From: Utricularia gibba
Lineage: Eukaryota; Plantae; Magnoliophyta
Assembly: GCA_002189035.1 (NCBI GenBank)
Contig: NEEC01000018.1
Span: 310,001 to 374,000 of the forward strand
Reading direction: 5' to 3'
DNA: 64,000 nt
Below, piece after piece: positions 26,045-40,800 of the stretch. Position 1 is the first letter of the stretch; each line of letters starts with the position of its first letter. The translations under genes were made by a program, and so were the position numbers. Under the pieces are notes generated by a model. It searched no databases and had not been told where the DNA came from. It saw only the letters and a list, made by a program, of their open reading frames with translations.

Positions 26045-26978
26045 TGTTGCATGTCATTTTCTCAAAAAAATTTAAATATGTAAAACGTAAAACAAAAAAG
26101 AGCATAGTATGAGTATCAATCTCAGGGAGTTGAGTTTTGCGAAAAGTGTTTTTTAGAAAACTTTCACGAATTGTCACAGATTTGTAAAAGTAGGTTTTTG
26201 AAGTACAAAAATAAAAGATACAACCTAAGTAATGGACCTTGACTAAGGGTTGCAGTTCCTTGGAAATGGACTCCGTTTCCTCCTTTTGTCTATCCTCGCT
26301 TTAGCTTTCACTGATTCCTTCCAAATAGCTAGTTATATGAGCAAGGAATAGCCTAATTTCCTTTACACTCTAATTGACTAGGAGGTATGAGAATAACCTC
26401 ATGTGATTCCTCCTTGGACGATTAAGAAGACAAGAGGATTGACGTAGATTGTCTTCAAAACCAAATTGTGCTAAGTGTTCTTCCTCCATTGGGGGAGAGG
26501 AAGAACAAAGTTCTAAGTGCCAAAATAAAATGTCAAAAGTCTGAAAATAAGTGTTCCAAGTCCCTTTTATCTCACTACTCACGTGCATTAACTCCTTCTG
26601 ATACTCTTCCCATCATTCCTTCTATCTTGCGTGTGACACCAGTTTTCCCTTGCATGCAAGTTAGCACTCAATCACTGCTGCAAACTCTAACTTGCCATAA
26701 GTCAAGGGCCTTGACTAGTGTCAGTCTTCCATCCACAATTGTTCCAAGTCGCGTGCAAGGCACGAAAAGTCAGAGTCTGACTTCTTGCAACACTCCACGA
26801 CTGCCTCCTGATATATTTCGGTCAAAGTGCCTAAAAAAGACAAAGAAAATATATAAAAAATAGAAAAATATGAATTTTCTAATAAAATCAATACTTAACA
26901 ATAAGTCTTCTAATTTGGACGTCTTAATAATTAACAATTAATAATACATAATGAACAACTAGAAAATGACACTTAACA
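26045..26978 (-). mobile_element. Solo LTR (934 bp), Athila-like
   Basis: TG...CA ends and a TSD with one mismatch (TCATT / TCATC). Homologous to the solo LTR at 35524-36780. Its minus-strand start TGTTAAGTGTCATTTTC matches the LTR start at 40879. Confidence 0.85.
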
Positions 26979-28774
26979 TCATCCTTACCTATACTGGATG
27001 GGAATGAGTCATCCATACCCGTATTGTACGGGTATCGCCTGAGTCACCCGAAAACAAGAACAGGTTGACCCACTAGATTGGGCTAACTTGTAAAAATCCA
27101 ATCAAAATTGAGATAAATTTTGGGCCAGATCTAAGATTTGGCCCATTGTAAGCCCCATGCTGGGATGTGGAGTAGCCTTCCATTGTAAGCCCTAGGGCAG
27201 GATCTTAGCCATTGCCTTGAAACGCTTTTCAAGTTCTTTTGTACGTCATGAGAACTTCAAGATTTTAGTGAATGTGGGTTGCAGAAAGGTCGCATGGATA
27301 TTGCGAGTTCCTCTTTCTTATAGTTTCAGTGGCACCCATTCATTGTTTCAATTTTTTTTAGCATTCACCTTTTTGTTGACATCCTTCATCGCTATGTTTT
27401 CATCATGCTTGTAACTCACCTTGCTTTGATCAAAGATAAAACATTTTGCACTAGTTGGACCATATTTTTTATCCTTACAATCTTCATAAAATGCATATTC
27501 GAGGGTTTGAAAAGTTACGATTAGTGTAAACCAATTTTTACTCACATTGGTCAGAGGTAGGAATATTCCTTGTTCAAACCAGCCATTACTTGAAGGTCAT
27601 GGTGAAAGTGTTGGTTTCAATGCTTCATCACTACAAACACTTGATGCAGATGAGGGGAATCACAAGTAGAATGAGTTATAGTTGGCATCACATTATTACA
27701 AAGTCTGCACAACAATAAGTAGAAAATTTCATGTATTCTTCTCAAAACAAAAACTTCTATGGTTGAGATATATCATCCCCATCACCCAAAAGATCAAGAA
27801 GTCATAATACAAAAACTCCATTGAGAAGGCTCAAAAGCGCCCAATACTAGAAAACCGAAATCCTACTTGGATTCATCTCAAAACCTCTAAGTGACGAATA
27901 GAACCAGAAAACGCAGATATTCTTTGAAAGCTAGTTGAAACACAGTAATTTGGTTTAATCCACCGAAACTCCCACATCAAGCCAAGAGTAGATGAAGAAG
28001 ACTGGAAAAATTACCTAGAAATAAAAGTGCTATTTGCGAGCTAACTGATCAGCATGGTTTGCTATCAGGAGGAACATGTGTGTTCACGCTGGACAATTGA
28101 TTCAGCGGATATTTCCCTATTGCACAACAGGGTTCATGTAGGGAGTGCAGGAGTGCGCTCTTGTGTATAATCGTGTGTAGTGAGGGAAAGGGGCAATGAT
28201 CCCATTGAATGTCTGGATCAAAATATACTATTGCAATCATTAAGATACATTTAAAAAAGTTGCTAACTCTGAATATGATGTCATTCGAGATATGATGATA
28301 AAGTTTGATAAATATTGGAATGATTATATGAAGATTCATCCATTTGGATCAAGAGATCCAAGAAAAAATTGCAATTTGTGAGTTTTTGCTTTGAAAAATT
28401 ATTTTCAAATGACCATGCATGAAAGGTAATTGATACAAAAACAACTTTGAATAATCTATTTATTTTTTTTGGACAAATGAGTGCTTCATTAGACACTATG
28501 TCTTCAACTTCTTTAGAAAAAACACATTCAAATTCAGTTGAAGAAGGTTGTTCCTCAATCAATTCAAAATCTTTTCTCTATGTACGTATTCTTTTTCTTT
28601 TATTAAAATTATGTATTTGATATCAGTTGTGCTTATATTTCAATTGCACTATTTGAAGGAATTACAAACAAAGAAGTTGCAAAGAGTACAAAGGAAAACT
28701 GTATCTGATTTAGATATACATGTAGCGAGGGATGTTGTGGGAAGCGATGTAGATCTTCTAGATATATATTTCTG

Positions 28775-28790
<16 letters not shown>

Positions 28791-28806
<16 letters not shown>

Positions 28807-28810
28807 TATA
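28791..28810. repeat. (TA)n microsatellite following a poly-A run
   Basis: Read directly. Confidence 0.9.
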
Positions 28811-29975
28811 TGCGTGTTGACTTGTTTTATGTTTATGATTTTTGTTGCTTATCAAAAATAATGAATTGTTTTTAATCTATTATTTATAGCACAAAAATTT
28901 TCTTTTTTTTATAATATAGAAATTACAAAATTTTTAATTATGTTTTAGTTGTTTATCTTATAGTTTTAAGTACTTTTATGTAATTTAGTGAATATATGGA
29001 TTTTGTATTCAAATGGGCTAAATCCTTTGATTTAGCCCATTCTATGTTACTAACGCGTTTTGAATCTAGTAGCAACTTCCAAAAAATCAAGGGAGACAAT
29101 AGTCTGCAAGTCAGGGCCAGGAGTAGTAGAACTATCAGAGATTGTAATTTCCTTGGGAAATGAGAGAGGATAAGATAATTTTGAAGGAGAGAGAATCGCA
29201 AAGAGGGGGGCAGGTAGGAGCTTCGGGAGCTTCAATAGCAACGACACATAGGATGCTCCTCCAACAATATGAACACCAATCAGAAGAGGAGAAGAAGGAG
29301 GTTATCGCGAAGAAGAATCCCCATCTTCAAGAACACTACCAAGATCCAATTCAGCGCTATTGTTCCATGCTGTGAACAATAGCAGACGAAAACAGAACAT
29401 TTTATATATTTAGTTTTCTGAAACCTTTGCTTTCTTTGGTTATTTGTTTGACAATGTTGGGGATATTTTCTTCAGTTTATGACTATGAAACCTTGCTTTA
29501 TTTTCCATACACAAGTAGCTAAATTTAGGGAATGCCTTAAGGTGTACAATGGTGATGTGAGGCTAAGGTTAATAATGCAATTGATCTTTGTTTTTTAGTT
29601 CTTGTTTCTATCATTTCATCCTAAGGGGGGGGGGGGGAACAAGTAACTTTACAACTTGGATGCTTGATTTAAAGGTAAATCAACAAATCAAGACTGGATG
29701 ATAGGTATTAGTCCTCGATAGAACTAGTAGAACTGGTAAACCTAGTTCTATATACTTTGTATGTGGATAGATCTAATTGCGTAATTGGTGATGACCTGGG
29801 ATATTAGTTTTGAACATCTTTTGAATATTGATTGTTGTTATGATAGCTTCACTTCAAAATTATTTTGATAGCTTTTTCTCCAACAATAGGCAATGAGCCA
29901 TAGTCCATGTGATCACTCTATTTTTCCTCTCAACAAAATCATTATATGATGGTGAGTATTAAATGATAGTATGAT

Positions 29976-31300
29976 GATGTGTGACATTCCATAAATTTTT
30001 TTAAAAGAATTTAAAACATAAAACACATCAAGTGTAATACGAGTATCGATTATAGGAAGTTAATTTTCTAAAAAATAATGTAGTTAGAAATCGGATACAA
30101 ACTATCACAATTTTGTAAAGGGTTTATGAAGGTGAATGATGAAAGAAACTAAACTAAAAAGACTATAAGGTAAGGAACAAAGCAAACTTAATCAATGACC
30201 CCTAAGTAGAAGTATTGCTCTAGAACTAGAATCTTTTCCAACTATATTCACTCTATCTCCACTCCTCTCTTGTTCTTTTGGGTACTCGGTTTTAGAATAA
30301 GGATTTGTCTAGAGAAACATGAAATATGAAATACAAGTTTAGAGAAATATGAAACACAAATTTAAGCTAGAAACTAGAAAGAGAATGTATTCTTTTGTCT
30401 ACATTGGCTAGCTCATAAATTCTACTACTAGTTTTGCATGTATTGCAATTAATCTTATTACTACTTTGATTTTGTAACACAATGCTCATTTTTTCTATCA
30501 AGGCTCATTATTAATATCTTATGTCTTTTAGAAATCATGGAATATATTTCCAAGATCTTGTTTGTCATCTTGTGTTGGCTCGTTTTCAACATTCTGTAAA
30601 ATGTATCTCTCCAACAACACACTTAAACACAACTTAATTTAAGAAAAGATTAAATGCAACACAATCAAAAAAGATAATTACCCTAATATAAGTAAAATCT
30701 ACAACTTATATTATTAACTTCTAATATAACAACTTTAATCACAGTTAAACACCAAAAAAATATAAAAAGCAAAAATAAAATTGATGGATGGAAATTTTTT
30801 AACGTGTCGCATGCCTACAAGCATTCTCCATAAGCGAATAAGTGTATTCTGAACATGCAATTAACACAATTCACAAAGAAATTAATATAGTAGTATTACG
30901 TTCAAGTCAATCCATACATGACATACATTTTTTAGTTGTTAGTCATATATGTAAACTGGATTAAACAAAAGAGTTTGATTTGTAAATAAGTTTCTAGTCT
31001 AACTAATTTATAATATTCATCTACTAGCTTCTAAACCATCAAGCATAAAACATAACGCATAACTCTTGTTCTAAAGTCGTACATATAAAAGCAACAAAAT
31101 CATAAGTCGCAACACCTTTATCCGAGCACAACATTTAATCCAATTGGTCAATAAAAACATGAGAAACCATAGTCGTTCAAATGCAACAAATTAAATATAA
31201 AAAGTGCTGAAAATGAAAATGCATGGAGAGGAAAAATGTTTAGTAGATTCTCCATCAATTTTTGCTCTTTTCGTGTGTTGCAGGACTTCTTTTCCATTTA
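29976..31300 (-). mobile_element. Two adjacent degenerate Athila-type LTR pieces (~29976-30781 and ~30782-31300)
   Basis: 29976-30310 resembles the arms at 14238/15939, and 30650-30780 resembles the ordinary U3 start at 40879. 30782 onward (TGATGGATGGAAATTTT...) resembles the arms of the 5255-6557 palindrome. Confidence 0.6.
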
Positions 31301-31879
31301 CGTTGAATGTTTCAAATTATGATTTAATTTTATGAGATTTTTTAGATATAATAATGTAGAAAAAGAAACTCACAATTGATAGCAATTTCCAAATTCACAT
31401 ATTGATGGATTACTGAAAAAATTCATTAATATAATATTTTAATCATTTTTTTATAATATCATTATAAAAAAAATCACAATTCATGGAAATGAAATATATC
31501 ATTCAAATACATAAAATATATGTATACAATTATATGTATATCTTAGCTATTTTGCAAATAACATTGAAAAACTCAGTTACCTTAAAAATAACTTATTCAA
31601 ATTAGGTACTTCCCCAATAATATTTAGTAACACAAGTCGTTTCCCCAATTTACTGGAATTATGTCACTAGGTTGCCCGCATACTAGACACGTGCAATTCA
31701 CAAGTGCCAGTAAAAAACATGTATTCTACAAACATGTTTCTATAAAACATGTATTTTTAAAACATTTTCATGATATTATGTATTTTTCTAATAACCTTTT
31801 TTAAAATATGTATTTTGCTTATTTTCTCCCCTGTTTTGCTCTTGTACAAATAATAACTTTGCAAAGTGGTTAGATTATT

Positions 31880-32140
31880 CAGCCCACACCAAATGGGCCA
31901 GACGTACACATGCAAGGATACACACTAAACCCCTCTTGCCCTTGGACTAAAGTAAAAATGTCCCAATTCACATTTTTACCCAAAAATATTTTAATTATGA
32001 TGCTTTTTGGTTGATATGACACAACATCAAAAATCACACTTAACATATGATCACTAATGCCCTCTTTCTTCAACTTATTCTTGAAGTGGTCGAAATAGAA
32101 CTCACCATCATTATCTAATTGTATACACTTTTGTGCACTT
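31880..32140 (-). mobile_element. Degenerate Ty1/copia integrase remnant
   Basis: KCIQLDNDGEFYFDHFKNKLKKEGISDH resembles copia integrase KCLRSDNGGEYTS..F..FC...GI.H. Confidence 0.55.
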
Positions 32141-34119
32141 AGAGATTCTCTTAGAGGAATCCCTAAAGATCAAACAGTTACTCAAAACTTAGTCTCATTT
32201 TCATAAATAGAATCCAATAATACTACGACATGTCATCAACAAAACTTATGAAATATTAGTTACGTGCAAGCAATTCCAAAAATATTAGTTGAGTGTCAGC
32301 ATTTCAAGCTCTATTTTTGCTACATGAGAGTAATTTAGTGTCGATAAATATTTTTTTTTTACCAAACCTATGAACTGAACATTTAGAGTCAACCAAAAAT
32401 CTATTGTTTGGGATGAATTTATAAGATTTATGACAAACAAACACTTATGTTTTGCAAAGCCTTTAGACAAAGTCTTACTTCCAAAGACACTTGGGTCAAT
32501 CAAATGGTAATCAATAAGCTTTCATGACTACTATGTTTAACAGCTTAAGCAACAAAAGCATTAAGCTTTAATTGTTTTTTTTTGTTTTTGCTTACACATC
32601 TTATCAATGTGACAAAGTTCATTATGCAAAAAATATGCATCTTCCTCCAAAAGCACTAATACTCAAAATGTAAGTTTCTCTTACATTTTTCTAAGAGTAG
32701 GATACTCAGCGCTACATTCTAGTGAAAAGCTTTTATGCGTAGGACTATAATAATCCAGGGTTTAGAAGTGAGAGAGTGGAAACGATTGATGCGATACTCA
32801 TCCCCAGCCTAGCGTACACCAAGCAGAGTGGTGGGGGTGACATTGCATTCATGGAACCGAAGGCACTAAGTCACAATGAAAACCCAAGTTCCGGACAGTC
32901 ACCCACAAAATGCACCATGGCACCGAGAGTGTACCCTTCGTGAGGAAGTCATGGAAGGGTATGCAAATTGAGCTTGGTGGGTGGGCTTGCGAGCAAGTTA
33001 ATTATGCCTTGTGGATTTTGCTATGCACATGAGGGAATCCCCCTCCAAGTTGTGTGTGCACAAAGTGGGCAGGTAGAGGGAACTTAGGCAGTGCGATAGA
33101 GACACGGGCAAGGATTTGGGGCGAAAATCAGGGTTCGTCCTAAGGGGGCCAGGAATGAGAGCATGAAGGAAGCAGCGTCGAAATGGTTTATCGGGTAGAA
33201 AGAGAGGTCAAAATATTGGGGAATCATGAGAGATCTTTAAGGTAAGGGAGATTTGCTTGCGCACCAAGAGTTTGGGGCATCGTGAGCCCCTTTGCGAGCA
33301 GGACTGGAGTTTAACCAAGAGATCAGCAGTAACTCAACTAAGCTGAGATCGTGGAAGCCATGAACCCTAGAGGTGGGGTCGACACGGGCGTTGTTTGACC
33401 GGAATGCATTGTCGACGGCAACGTGACTTGGTCATGTGTCTTTTAGTCAAATAAGCCTTTGAGTGAGCTAATTTTGCAACATGCGTTTAGGCGTGAGGTG
33501 GAGAACCCTACCCATGACTAACCCCATGCTTTTTGGGTGTAGATTTGGACGATGAGGTGTCTGTGGATGGCACCAATGGGGAGGCACCGATGAGGCAATC
33601 GGGCTGAGGGGAGAACCAAACTTGTGGCTCACACATATGCTTATTTTGGCTTACTTACTATTGCAAATGTTTCTCTTTTTGTCTTCATATGATGCTTGAA
33701 GAGAAGTGCCTTCCCATGTGATGTTGTGTGTTGTAGAAATGGGAAGTGTCATCCCTCATTACATTATGAACGCTGATTTTGTGAGGAAATGTTTTCTCTT
33801 AAGATCTTTTTGAAATGGGATACACCATGTTTGGAGATGTTTATTTTTAAATGTATTTTGAGCTTGTAACATGGGTGTGAGCCCCTTCGCAACATTGGCC
33901 ATGTGTAGTGTGGCTGAACACATTATGGTAGCACACATAATTTATGGTTCTGTTTTGCGGTGCATTGCATTTTGGTATCAAAGCCAGGTTACCCCATTGT
34001 CGCCACTCTTGATCACTATGGGATGCTTGGTAAGGTAAGTCAAAACTAATAGTTCGACTATGTCAAGGAACTTGAGGTAGCACAAAGCAAGACGGGGAGG
34101 TCACCTATAGAGAGCACCA

Positions 34120-35203
34120 TGCCTACAACTTTTTGCGAATAGTATCGTAGTTATGCTTTTTATTCCTAGTTGATTTAGTCTCAACCTTGTTTCTAATAGT
34201 TCTTTTGAGCAATGCAGCAATTTTCAGTCATTCCAAATCCGAGGAGCCGAAGAAGAATAGTGTGATTATAGAAAATATGGGCAAAAAGCTAGATAAAGTA
34301 CAAACAAATCCCAAGAAAGAGAAAAAGCAGATTTTTGGAAATGATGGGGGAGAGAGAGAAAGGGAGAAGACCATTGAATGACAATAGACACTTTTGGAAA
34401 AAAATCTCTCCATAGCAAGAACACCAAGGAGGCAGACGATCCAAAACAACAAGCTCCCTTTGAAGATTTCTTCTGCTCTTGAAAAACACTATTCCTAGCT
34501 TAGAATAGTTTTAGTTTTACAATGTGAACCATTTACCTTCTCTGTTTATGTGATGCACTATTTTCTGTTCTTTAACTTTGATACCAGAATGTTGCTTATA
34601 GTATGTTATGAAAATGTTTTTCTTTCTTTTTTTATGAGTGGCTAAGTACTTAGAATAGTGCCTTGGGGCCAAAGGGGTGTAATGTGCTAATCAATCATTT
34701 GACTTTGTTAATCATAGATCACACCACTTCCTTATCAAACCAGGATAGATCCAAGAGGAGGTAGGAGTGCATTCATCTTAACAATCCTAATTAGAGGAGG
34801 ACCAAAGATTATGGGAAAACAAGGGTTTGGGTAGACCTAGGCTTTTGCTTGTTAGATGTATGATTTGTGGTGTATGTGAGGTTATTTTAGTAATAAGCAT
34901 GCAATCCCTAGGAGTCCCAAGGCACATTCATTTCATCTTATACATAACCGAGTTCAAAAGTTTGTTGCTTTTCTTTATTGTATTTAATTGCAAATCCGCC
35001 TTAATCCTAGTTAAAACTAAATATATCCACATGATATGGATTGCATGCATTGATAATCACATGACAAGCCCCTACTATTCATGTTCGACCCTAATCACTA
35101 TACTCATAATTGAATTATGTTTGAATATGTATTAGATTATAAATTTTATTTGATAGCATAAATTTGCAATTCTAACAACACTGCATAAATTTTTGGTTTA
35201 TCA
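34120..35203 (+). mobile_element. Probable unrelated LTR inserted in the Tekay-like gag region
   Basis: Non-coding ~1.1 kb containing the ATGAGTGGCTAA LTR-type motif and ending AATTTTTGGTTTATCA, after which gag resumes. Left boundary and TSD are not established. Confidence 0.45.
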
Positions 35204-35523
35204 GGCAGAATGGGCGACATTCAAGCAATGATTTCTAGATAGATACTACCTGGCGATCGTGCTAACATAGAAGGTATAGGAGCTAAAGGTGATTGAACAG
35301 AGGAATGGAGAGACTGTCTACAACTTTTACACACGCTTCCAAGGGCTATTGCATTTCACTTGGGGACTCGCGAAGAGTAAGCATCTCGTGACACACAAAT
35401 TCCAACAAGCACTCTTATCGCGTTTAAGGAAACAAATTATCTTTGTGGCCGCATAAACACTAGAAGAGCTACTTCAAGCAGCACTAATAGTGGAGACAAA
35501 ACTTGGAGCAATCAATGAGGGTT

Positions 35524-36780
35524 TGTTGCGTGTCATTTCCTCAATGAATTTTAATTACAAAGACATAGAACACAAATAAAGCGTAGTACGAGTGTAGATC
35601 GCAAGGAGTTGAGTTTTGCAAAATGTGTTTTGTGCAAAACTTTTATAAATTGTCATGGGTTTGTAAAATAGGTTTTTGAAATATAGAAATAAAAGATATA
35701 ACATAAGTAATAGATCTTGATTAAGGGAAGTAGTTCCTGAGAATGAGATTCCATTTCCTCTTTTTGACTATTCTCGCCTCGGTTTTCACTTATTCCTTCC
35801 GAATAACTGGTTATAGGAGCAATGAATAGCCTACTTTCCTTTACACTTTGACTGAAAGGGAGACATGGGAATAGTCACATTTGATTCTCTATTGGACAAT
35901 TGAGAGGACAAGAGGATTGCTGTCGATTGCCCTCAAAATCGAATTTTGTACATGTGCCCAACTATTGCCAATGACCAATGAGGGATACAAGGTCACTATC
36001 CATCCATTATCGCGATATCCTGGTCACAGAGAATTCGCTATTTACCTCAAAATATTAGGGTTGTAGATGGTATTCATCACCTTGCTTTTCATCAAAATCC
36101 GTGAGAAGTAGCATGCAATTCATGGACCATGACTAGGAGACATTACAGGAAGATTGTAACATGATGCATTGAAATATGTAAAATCTGGAAGAAATTCAGC
36201 AAAGAATTGATATTGATGCTCAAGACGTGGAAGGAAACTTCATCTATTCCCTGAAATTAGAAAGGTTTAGTCATGAATCATCATGAAAGCAGAAAACGAA
36301 AACATAAAGCTAAAGTGCCTCTCCCTTAAGTGGAGAGGAAAGAACCAAAAGTTCTAGTTCCAAAACGAAGTGAGAAAAGGTCCGAAAACAAGTGTTCCCA
36401 ATTGTTCCAAGTTTCTTTTAATTCACTTCCACATGCATTAACTTACTCTACTTCTTTTTTATCATTCCTTCTATCTTGTGTGTGTAGTCAGCTTTCCCAC
36501 GCATGCAAGTGCTCAATCATTATTGTAAACTTTGACATGTCATAAGTTAGTGACCCTGACTAGTGTCAGTCTTCCGCCCACAATTGCGCCAAGTTGCATG
36601 CAAGTTATGAAATGTTAGGGTTTGGTCTGCTACAAGTCTCCTACAACACTTGAAACCTGCCTCTTGACTTTTTTGGTGAAAATACATGAAAAAGATAACA
36701 AAAATAGGATTTGTCTAAAAAATTAAATACTTAATCCTAAATTAACACATAATAAACACTTAAAAAAATGAAACATAACA
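35524..36780 (-). mobile_element. Solo LTR (1257 bp), Athila-like, inserted in the Tekay-like gag
   Basis: TG...CA ends and a perfect 5-bp TSD GGGTT (35519-35523 and 36781-36785). Host gag continues across the site. Confidence 0.93.
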
Positions 36781-37879
36781 GGGTTGCAACAAGAGGTTTG
36801 CCTCTTGGGAGGTGTGTCAATTGTGGGCGACACCATGAGGGGAAATGCCACTATGTGGGTACTTGCTTCAACTGTGGAGAGAGGGGACACATCACCTAAC
36901 ATTGCCCAGAGAAAGAAATGAGGGTAGTGTAGCACTTGACGAATCGAGGTGGAGGATGTATCTACCACTTGGATTGAGCGGAGGTGGAGAAGGACGACAA
37001 GGCCATGCTAGGCACATTTCTACTCGCAGGAAATATAGCTACAAGCTTATTCAACTGCGGGGCCATGCATTCCTTTATTACGAGGGAGTGCAAGCAATGA
37101 TGAGAACTAGAGGGATAAGAATTAACCCATGCCATCAAGCGAGGATACCGAGAGGAAGGATGTTGTATGGCAAGCGAAAGTATACTAAAGTGCCATTGTG
37201 TCTAGGAGCAATAAGAGCCAAGGTAGACTTAATAGAGTTGGATATTTCTGGAATTTATGTCATTCTAGGATTAGATTGACTTCATTGGTACCGAGCATGG
37301 ATCGGTTGTGCTCATGGAATGATCAAGTTCGATGATGTGAAGCAACAAAACGGGAGTTTAACACAAGGGAGGGAAATGGTCATCTTGGAAGTGTCAAAGA
37401 AGACAAAGGATACTACCTACTAGCTTATTTTCTGAGATGTATTTCCTAAAGAACTTCCAGGTCAGATGCCTAATCGAGAGGTCACCTTTGAGATTGATCG
37501 GGTAGAAAGAGCTAAGCCTATGTTCCACACACCGTACTGGATGGCATCTGCCAAAATGAAAAAATTGAAAACATTATTCGATGATCTTCTACAGAAAGGT
37601 TTCATCTGACTCAACTCATCGCCATGGAAAGTGCCAGTGGTGTTCATGAGGAAAAACGAGGCTTCTCTGAGATTATGCATGGACTATAGAGAGTTGAATT
37701 AGGTCAATGTTTGGAACCGGTATCCCTTACTGCAAATCGATGACCTGTTTGACCAATAGAGGGTAGCTATAGTGTTCTAAAAAATCAATCTTTGCTCAGG
37801 TTACCATCAATTGAAGATCAAGAAAGAGGACATTTCAATGACAGCATTTAGGATGAGATACAACCACTACAATTGTATA

Positions 37880-40800
37880 AAAGAAAGTTCTTTTATACAA
37901 TACCACTTTGAAATTTTTTCTTGGGAAATTGAGATCTAAATGGCAAGGACCTTATGAAGTTTCACATGTTTTCCCTTATGGTGCTGTTGTTATACGTTCT
38001 TATGAAACAGGGAAATGTTTCAAGGTCAATGGCCATAGGTTGAAACCGTATTATGAGAACCTTCAGCCGCAAATAGCTTGCTGTTTGCTCTTAATCGAGG
38101 ATCATCAGTAGCGTACCAAGTCAGCCAACGACTTTAAATTGGCGCTGCACGGGAGGCAACCCGTGAGTTAATTTTCTCTTTCCTCTTTTCCTTTTGTCTG
38201 ACTTCGCAGGTTCCCTAGGATTCTATTGGGATTACATACTATCCCACACATCATTACCGAGAGACATTAAAAGTTTGCTTTCCTTTCCCCTCATGATTAT
38301 CCTCCTTGGGACCCTTCTCTCACCATAACTACCCATTTCCCCATTCACACCACTACTTCTATCACTTTCCCCAATTTTCTGTAAGACACTCCCACTTCTG
38401 CCAATTTCCAATTTACCTTCTTCCTCACCTTGTGACCCATCGTAACCCACAGCCATGAAGGGAACATCCTCTGCTTCATCTCTTCAAACCCCTATTAGGA
38501 AACCCCGCACAGCTAGGCAACGCCAGGCCATCACTGAAGGTCCATCACGGAGGAACCGACAGCGTTCTACTTCACCCTCACCCAGATCTCACAAATTCCA
38601 ATCTATGCCTCCACTGGAAACTTCATCCTGGGAGATTTCTCCACTGTTTTCACCAGTCCCTTTAGCCGAACTCCCTCCTGTTTTGTACCTTCCATGGAAA
38701 GATGAGGATTCTTCGGCAGACAAGGAAATTCCGGCTGCAATCCCGGAGAGAGAAGCCACATCAGAACCTGTTGCAGAGGAGACACCGGAGCAAGACCCAG
38801 TTGCAACCCAGACTCATACCGATAGCTCCGACGAAGATTTCCGACTGGACGGCTTGGAGGAAGAAGAAGAAGAACCTAAAGTGGAAGAGGCGTCCAGCCC
38901 ACAAACTACTACAAATAGACGCTCACCCCATGAGGAAGGGGAAGGTGAGGATGATAATATTGATTCTGAAGTGGATTTGTGGATTGCAGAAATGCAGGGA
39001 GCCGCTAACGAAGGACCACCACTAACGTTCCAAGATGGGGAGCAAGCCATCAACGCTGGCCAAACAAGCAGGCAGCGTGGCAAAGGACAACGAGGGCGAC
39101 AAAAGTTCTAGCGGGACTGTTTGTTGGAGTCTCCTGCTTGGACCCAACTCCGAGACACTGTCAGGTTTCCCAATAAGAAATCCCAAGCCCTTTTTAACGC
39201 TTTAACGAGTCGCCACATCTTGTTTGCTTTCCGTATGCATGCTCCAACGTTAGCTCATTTGAATTTGATGCATGATATTAACCGCATGTTTGAGTTTTCA
39301 CCTGAATAGCGTCATTTTTCAGAAATTGCTCTTCCTGTTTTTCCAAAATTGGTCTTTGAATTTTATGCTACATTTGCTTTTGATGATGTGGAAGGGAACC
39401 CTATTGCTGAACCCCTCATTTCCTTTCGTTTGGGTGGAAAAGACTTTGAGCTTTCTGTTAATGATTTTAATGTTGCTCTTGGTTTTGTTTCTGAGGATGA
39501 ACTTACTTCTGCTCGATATCTGCAAGCTTGCTGTGATTATCCCCCATCATTTGATGTTTATAGTGCTTATGGTTCCATGTATGTGTGTGAACCACCCTTT
39601 CCTAGTTCCAAATTCAAGGCCCATCACTTGAGGGCCTCTGCGCTGTTAGTTTTGAACAGGTATCTCGGAGGATGCTATTCTGCCACTTGCCAAGGCACCA
39701 GTGTGGTCTCCAAGGTGGTAGTGTTCTTCCTCTGGGCCATGATGAAGAAGATCCCGATCAACCTTGGCTGGTGGATTGCCAAGCACATGAATCGTGTGGC
39801 ATAGCTCAGCGAACGAGTGCTTCCATTCGCATCCCTCATCACTAAGCTCGCGATGCACCTTAACGTGGATCTTACCGCCAACACACCCAAGGTAGAGGCT
39901 CATTTTCAATACCTTGACCTGGTTGATCTCTTTTAGTGTAGTTACCTCAAGGGAGCTGGAGGCCATACCATTTTCGTCCAAGCCGGGACGAAGAGTAATA
40001 CCACCGTGATGCCAACGCACCCTCCTGCTGGCTCTTCAAGATCTCCAGCGCCAAATCACCACACTGTCGTCCAAACTAGACACCTTGATCACCTCTATGC
40101 TGCATCATCACTAAGGTACCCTCCACCATGCTTGATGATGAGGACATCCTCAGAATTAAGTGTGGGGAGGAGCTCTTTTCTATCGATCGAACTATCTTTC
40201 ATTACCGTATTTGGACAAATTTTTCGTCCGTTTTTATCTTATGAGTCTACCCCATATCATGCTTCATAGGTTAGATGACATCTATGCTTCGGTATTCCTT
40301 ACGCATGCTTCATGATTAGGGTGCTTAGACTTATCTTGCTGCTAAGAAACCTTCTAGATTTTTCCTTACCTTGAATATCTTGCTTTTATGACATGCATTA
40401 GGTTTGAGACTTGCTTAGGATCGCTCTCACATGTTTTTGTTGTATATTCATGGCCCAGTGACATCTTCAAAAAAAAAAACGAGGATGCCAAAGGTAAGAA
40501 TTGTCTGGCGAAACCGTGGACAACGCAAACCTCACTTATGAACCACGAATAAGGTTTCGTAATCCAGACAACTCTTCCCCAAAGCGGGGGTCCTTATTCA
40601 AAAAAAAAAAAAAGAAAGAGAAGAGGAATAAGTCACTGTGGCCCAAACTTTTGAAAATTAGAGAGCAATCTCGAACTATCTCTTTCCCTGATTGTGTTGT
40701 TTGAGTAGCATGCTTTAAATTGATCTGAAGAGTTTGGAAGAAAATAGAAGGTGATACATGCAGTTAGATAGGGATAGGTTACCTTAGTCGTGCATCATGA

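Larger units (their letters stand above)
33973..37872 (+). mobile_element. Degenerate Ty3/gypsy chromovirus-type (Tekay/Del-like) element: PBS, gag, protease and start of RT, carrying two LTR insertions
   Basis: PBS TGGTATCAAAGC (33973-33984, tRNA-iMet type). gag EWATFKQ*FLDRYY (~35208). Zinc knuckles CVNCGRHHEGKC and CFNCGERGH (36810-36910). Protease LFNCGAMHSF. RT SSPWKVPVVFMRKNEASLRLCMDYRELN ... SGYHQLKIKKEDISMTAFRMRYNHY. Confidence 0.85.

Noticed and set aside
27340-28570. Exon-like stretches that might be a captured gene fragment or plant-mobile-domain remnant
   Set aside because: No family could be recognised from translation. It would need a BLASTX/HMM search.
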